Shown here piece after piece: positions 32,727 to 36,763 of a DNA stretch of 36,763 nt. A model generated the notes under the pieces. The model was not told where the DNA came from. It made no database searches and saw nothing but the letters and a program-made list of their open reading frames with translations. Position 1 is the first letter of the stretch. Every line of letters starts with the position of its first letter. This DNA comes from a virus. The stretch is taken from IMG/VR virus record IMGVR_UViG_3300045988_134073, positions 1 to 36,763 of that record; one strand, 5' to 3'. Made by a program: the position numbers and the translations under genes.

Positions 32727-33134
32727 TTATTGGTTTTTCTTCTTATTGGCTTTATATACATTCTTAAACTCGACGTTCTTGAGTAATAGCTTATTATTAA
32801 TCCACGTCGAAGGCACGTAGCGCACGCGGGCTTTCTGAACGAGTGCTGAACTTACATCGTCTTTGATTTCGACGCCTACTGACTTCGCAGTAAGGCGAAA
32901 CGCCCCCAATGAGCCAAGGCGAACGGTATAACCAGAGAGCAGCGCGTGAAGTACTTGTCGTTCAAGTTCTTTGAGTACACCCATAGCGTCGGCACGCGTG
33001 AGGGTACACTTCGCGCTGATTTCAGCTGCCAACTGTTCGAAGTTGGTAACGGCCGCAGGTAGGGGCGCGGGGTAGAACATGTTCTCGCCAGTCTTAAAGT
33101 TTTTGCGAGCGAGGGGTTTGTATAGATAGGTCAT
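32727..33134 (-). CDS. HU-like DNA-binding-fold protein, paralogue
   Basis: Start trimmed to MTYLYKPLARKNF. Contains ...VLKELERQVLHALLSGYTVRLGSLGAFRLTAKS... Confidence 0.6.
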   Translation of the reverse strand: MTYLYKPLARKNFKTGENMFYPAPLPAAVTNFEQLAAEISAKCTLTRADAMGVLKELERQVLHALLSGYTVRLGSLGAFRLTAKSVGVEIKDDVSSALVQKARVRYVPSTWINNKLLLKNVEFKNVYKANKKKNQ

Positions 33135-33310
33135 AGGAAATGTGCAAATGTGTAAATGTGCAAATGTGCAAATGGTTGAATGATGTTTTATAATCAATGT
33201 GCTTAATGTGCAAATGCTGAGTTAATGTGCGAATGTGCGAATGGTCGCCTTTGTACACTGAGTAATTAAAACATTATTCAATCATTCGCACATTTGCACA
33301 TTTGCACATT
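33135..33310. repeat. Zipper hairpin R9 (gc(a/g)aatgt arrays, core plus extra half-core)
   Basis: Arrays at 33138-33174 and 33196-33243, half-core at 33175-33195, core at 33244-33283, right arm at 33284-33310. Confidence 0.9.
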
Positions 33311-33319
33311 AGTAAGCGC

Positions 33320-34432
33320 TTACTCGCTTACGGTCACCTTGCCCAGTGCAAAGGCGTCGGGGCGGAGCGTGGTCGTGCCGTAGTTGACGTTGAGTACGAA
33401 GTCAACGGCATCCTTGCGAGCCTGGCTATAGGGGTCGATGATGAACGAGATGTCGCCAAACATGCCCATAGGTTGGTAGCGCCAGTCGCCAAGACCAACG
33501 AAGCCTTCACCAATGTAGTGCGTGCAGAAGACGGGGAGGCCCGCGATGTGGTCGTTCTCACACACCATGATGCCAGAGCCCGCGTCCTTAGGAGTGGCTT
33601 CGGCAATGGCCTTCTGCGCTTGTGTCATAACCCAGCACAAGTTGCTACCGTCAACGCCAGAGGCCAACACCTTTGCCTTCATATTGTTGAAGTCGGCAAA
33701 GGTAGGAGTAGCGCTCAGCGCGATCGGTTTAGCAGCCTTCGCCACGAATGGGCCTACCAAAGTAGTAGCCGCGGTAGCCTTGGTGGTAGAGAACAAGATC
33801 TTGTTCAGCAACATGGCTACAGACTGAGGCATTACCTTCTTCACGATCGTTTCGATGATGCCCTCCGTCTGGATAATCGTCTGACGCGTTACAGGAATGG
33901 CCACGCCAATACGCTGAGGTGAAGCGGTGAGCTTAGATAGTTTAATATTCGTGTCGGTGAGCGCAACGCCCTCGCCTTGGATTTGTGCCTCAACGGCCTC
34001 GTAGGTGGGCCATACGTAGTCACCAGCCAAGCCTGTAGGCATGGGGAGGCCTACCTTGTTGAGGATTAGGCCCTCTACTAAGGGGTCGAGAATGTCTTGT
34101 ATCTTGAGCGGAATGATACCGCCCGTAGTGGCGTTGCTCACCACCATGAGGTCGCGCATGAAGACGATTTGCGTCTGTCGGCCCGCCTCCATGTTTTCGC
34201 GGACCATTTTATTGGCGTCACGAAGAAGGTCGGGGTTTTGCTGTGCCTGAGTGGCTGCAGCTTGCATGCGCATGCGGAGCAATTCGTTGTCGCGCACTAA
34301 GGCGTCGTACTCTGCGTTCTCTGCATCAGTGCGTTCGCGCTTCTCCTTCTCGCAGAGGTCGGCTATTTCCGAAATGCGGGCGCAGTTCTTTTGGTATTTG
34401 TCAACAATCTGACGTACCGTGAGTTTGTTCAT
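33320..34432 (-). CDS. Major capsid protein, HK97 family
   Basis: 370 aa with an N-terminal coiled-coil delta-like domain. Follows the prohead protease. Confidence 0.85.
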   Translation of the reverse strand: MNKLTVRQIVDKYQKNCARISEIADLCEKEKRERTDAENAEYDALVRDNELLRMRMQAAATQAQQNPDLLRDANKMVRENMEAGRQTQIVFMRDLMVVSNATTGGIIPLKIQDILDPLVEGLILNKVGLPMPTGLAGDYVWPTYEAVEAQIQGEGVALTDTNIKLSKLTASPQRIGVAIPVTRQTIIQTEGIIETIVKKVMPQSVAMLLNKILFSTTKATAATTLVGPFVAKAAKPIALSATPTFADFNNMKAKVLASGVDGSNLCWVMTQAQKAIAEATPKDAGSGIMVCENDHIAGLPVFCTHYIGEGFVGLGDWRYQPMGMFGDISFIIDPYSQARKDAVDFVLNVNYGTTTLRPDAFALGKVTVSE

Positions 34433-34470
34433 AATCGTAATGAATTAATTGTTATTAAATGGTTAATGCT

Positions 34471-35133
34471 TTAAAGTGATTGCTTTGCCGCGCTGCGCAT
34501 GGCCTTTACTTGTTCCTCGACGCGGAGGGCGGCAGCGTTGTCTGTTGAGGGGGCGGGAGTCAATCCGCGTAGGTCGCGTGCGCTTACTTCCGTGTCGGGG
34601 TAGGCGGGCATGGGCGTGAGCGTAAAGTCGTAGATGCCACGAATAGCATGAATGGTGTAAAGCGTTTCAGCCTTTCCCGTCTCCTTGTTTTTGGTCGTCT
34701 CGCTCGTCACGTCGGGTTGGCGGTACGAACAAGAGAACATGAAGGAGCAGCCATCGATGTCGCCACGTCGTACGAGTTCGAGCGCGCGGTCGCCGTCGTC
34801 GGTGTTGGGCGCATCGAAGGAGAAGTGGACGCCCCGCTCGTCGATGTCGTACTGTAGCGTACCCTCTCCGCGCTTGCTGCGTGCGAGCAATGTGGCAAAG
34901 TCGTGGTTCATGGTCATCTTGATGTCGCAGCCGTCGAGTAGGTCCTTCGTTATGGCTTCGGGGGCAATCTGTTCGCGCACGACTTCGTCCTCGTCCTCCC
35001 ACAGTGGGGCAGAGGGCGTGTTGAACAGAATGGCATATCCCTCAATGGTGCGGCTTTCGCCCTCGCCCTCGCTGCCTTGGCGGCTGCGCACGTGGACGGT
35101 GCCTGAGGAGTGGAATTGTAATTGCTTATTCAT
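34471..35133 (-). CDS. Prohead protease (HK97 family)
   Basis: 220 aa between the portal and capsid genes. Confidence 0.8.
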   Translation of the reverse strand: MNKQLQFHSSGTVHVRSRQGSEGEGESRTIEGYAILFNTPSAPLWEDEDEVVREQIAPEAITKDLLDGCDIKMTMNHDFATLLARSKRGEGTLQYDIDERGVHFSFDAPNTDDGDRALELVRRGDIDGCSFMFSCSYRQPDVTSETTKNKETGKAETLYTIHAIRGIYDFTLTPMPAYPDTEVSARDLRGLTPAPSTDNAAALRVEEQVKAMRSAAKQSL

Positions 35134-35136
35134 AAG

Positions 35137-35300
35137 GTGTAAATGTGCTAATGTGGGAATGTGCTAATGTGGGAATGTGCTAATGTGGGAATGTGCTAAT
35201 GTGGGGATGTGCTAATGTGTTAATGAGTGGCGCAGCCATTAGCATATTAACACATTAGCATATTAACACATTAGCATATTAACACATTAGCATATTAATA
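35137..35300. repeat. Zipper hairpin R10 (gctaatgtgggaat arrays, centre gagtggcgcagcc)
   Basis: Left arm 35137-35224, centre 35225-35237, right arm 35238-35300. Confidence 0.9.
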
Positions 35301-35307
35301 ATGTGTG

Positions 35308-36522
35308 TTAGTTGTTGGTGGTTGAGTTAGCCTCCATTCCCTTCAGTCCCTTCAAGTTGGCGCTGACCAATGGGAGGTCGCCTCCCTCGACGGGTGGCAT
35401 GTTCTCAGCACGTCGCCAGTCGTTGACGGTGTAGATACCTGCAGCTATCGTCTGCGTCTGGTACTGCACGCGGCTTGCGAGGTCGCACGCATAGAGGCTG
35501 CGACGGTCGAACTCAAAGCGACGCTCACAACAGAGCGAAGGCTCGATGAGCTTGCGGTGGAGTTCGCTCTCTATCTTACGGAGCAGGGGGTTGAGCGTGT
35601 TGGAGAGGAAAGCCACGTTGGCCATTTCGGCACTCTTGTAATTGTTGCTCGTGTCGTCAAAGACGAATGAGGGGTGTACACCGAAGAAGCGGCAAAGCTC
35701 ACGCACCGTAAACTTGCGGCTTTCGAGAAATTGCATGTCGGTGCTGGAGAGCGAGAGTTGGTTAAACTTTACTTGCCCTGGTAGGCTGACTATCTTGCGG
35801 CCTTCTGAAAATGATTGGTCGAGGTCGGTAGCCGTCTTGGCCAATTCGTCGTCTTGATAGTCGCCAAATCCGCGCACGCTCGTGTCGTTGCCTACGATGC
35901 CGCGCACGTTGCCCCCATTGGCAAATCGGTTGAGCGTCTCATTATCGCCTGTAGCGGCTATCTGCGTAGTAAGGCGCGCAAAGGCTAAGGTGCTGATGCC
36001 TTGTTGTCCGTCGATGGTGAGGTTTTTGAGGTGTACGACTTCGTCCTCCGCGAAGGTGCCGCTAAGGCGGTTGGTCATGTCCATTACCGTGTAGGTGCGA
36101 TTAATGGTGTCGTGACTCACTGTGCCAGGTTGGCAAAGCACAAGGCGATCCACCTCAAGCGAGGGCGAGTACTGCGGCACGATATAAGCATTACCCGTCA
36201 GCAACATCTGTTGCACGGCTTGCGCCCAGAAGTCGAACGCGGAGTAAAGCTCGTTGGGTTGCACGCTCAATAGGTAGTGGAGGCGCGACTGGCGGTCGTC
36301 GACGAATATGCCGCCCTTTAGTTTCATATAGCGGAGAGGCAAGTTGGCCACACTCTCTGAAAGCAAACGCACGCAGCGATAGACGGTGCTAACGGCCAAG
36401 GGGTCAGCCGCTGCGGAGGTGAAAAGCGGCAAAGCCCCCGCGCGTACAGTCCTACCCTCTGGCGATGAGTTAACACCCTCGCTGCTGCGTTTTATCTTGA
36501 ATAGTCTGCGTAATACGTTCAT
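35308..36522 (-). CDS. Portal protein (HK97 family)
   Basis: 404 aa. It follows terL across the circular junction. Confidence 0.85.
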   Translation of the reverse strand: MNVLRRLFKIKRSSEGVNSSPEGRTVRAGALPLFTSAAADPLAVSTVYRCVRLLSESVANLPLRYMKLKGGIFVDDRQSRLHYLLSVQPNELYSAFDFWAQAVQQMLLTGNAYIVPQYSPSLEVDRLVLCQPGTVSHDTINRTYTVMDMTNRLSGTFAEDEVVHLKNLTIDGQQGISTLAFARLTTQIAATGDNETLNRFANGGNVRGIVGNDTSVRGFGDYQDDELAKTATDLDQSFSEGRKIVSLPGQVKFNQLSLSSTDMQFLESRKFTVRELCRFFGVHPSFVFDDTSNNYKSAEMANVAFLSNTLNPLLRKIESELHRKLIEPSLCCERRFEFDRRSLYACDLASRVQYQTQTIAAGIYTVNDWRRAENMPPVEGGDLPLVSANLKGLKGMEANSTTNN

Positions 36523-36615
36523 ACCCTACGTGCAAAAGGTGTGTAGGTGGTACCACCTTGGGGCGTTTTTTTCAGAAAAAAGTGAGAGTTGGGGAATATA
36601 ATGTAACATTGTTGC

Positions 36616-36623
36616 TATATTTG
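36616..36623 (+). promoter_or_regulatory. Candidate -7 box tatatttg (plus strand)
   Basis: Matches TAnnTTTG, but there is no good -33 element. Confidence 0.25.
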
Positions 36624-36708
36624 CAGTGTTTAAAGCAATGTTCACCGAAAGATTTCTCAAGGTATCAGTTGGTTTAGACAAAGCGGTAAAACATTAATAC
36701 TCAAGTTC

Positions 36709-36763
36709 CAGATTTAGCAAGGGCGGGCTGAAAGCCCAATGGAGCACATAGCCCAGGGCAAGC
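36709..36763. repeat. 55-bp terminal overlap identical to 1-55
   Basis: Exact identity, checked base by base. Confidence 0.95.

Noticed and set aside
2786-35300. The idea that the short intergenic repeats are CRISPR arrays.
   Set aside because: The units are 7-14 nt and directly tandem, with no unique spacers. Each array is paired with its own reverse complement, and there are no cas genes.

Overview
The window is a complete, apparently circular genome of about 36.7 kb. Bases 1-55 are identical to 36709-36763. It belongs to a temperate HK97-like siphovirus whose host is probably in the Bacteroidota. Three things support that host call: TTTG-N19/20-TAnnTTTG promoters, no Shine-Dalgarno sequences, and an attP that carries the 3' part of a Bacteroidales-type tRNA-Pro(UGG).

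Nearly all genes lie on the minus strand. In transcription order they are: portal, prohead protease, major capsid, two HU-like genes, connector, head closure, tail completion, major tail protein, amidase and lysis membrane proteins, a putative adenine methyltransferase, tail chaperones G/GT (A9 slippery site, -1 frameshift), tape measure, tail-tip protein, a collagen-like fibre, an AT-rich accessory cassette, attP, integrase, hicAB, a plus-strand repressor facing the early operon, two tRNA-like RNAs, DUF4494, a DUF4373-type replication protein, a DnaC-like loader, small early ORFs, HNH, a candidate cos region, terS, terL, and an orphan hicB-like moron.

The most unusual content is non-coding:
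- Ten gene junctions in the late operon are filled entirely by 'zipper' hairpins, whose arms are inverted arrays of 7-14-nt tandem repeats. Two families have conserved centres.
- A 110-bp GC-rich multi-hairpin element occurs three times. Two copies form a 264-bp palindrome and one sits inside a zipper loop.
- Two tandem tRNA-like RNAs are each preceded by a hairpin that shows covariation.
- A perfect 23-bp inverted repeat brackets the repressor cassette.

All product calls come from motifs read by eye. No database search or folding program was run.
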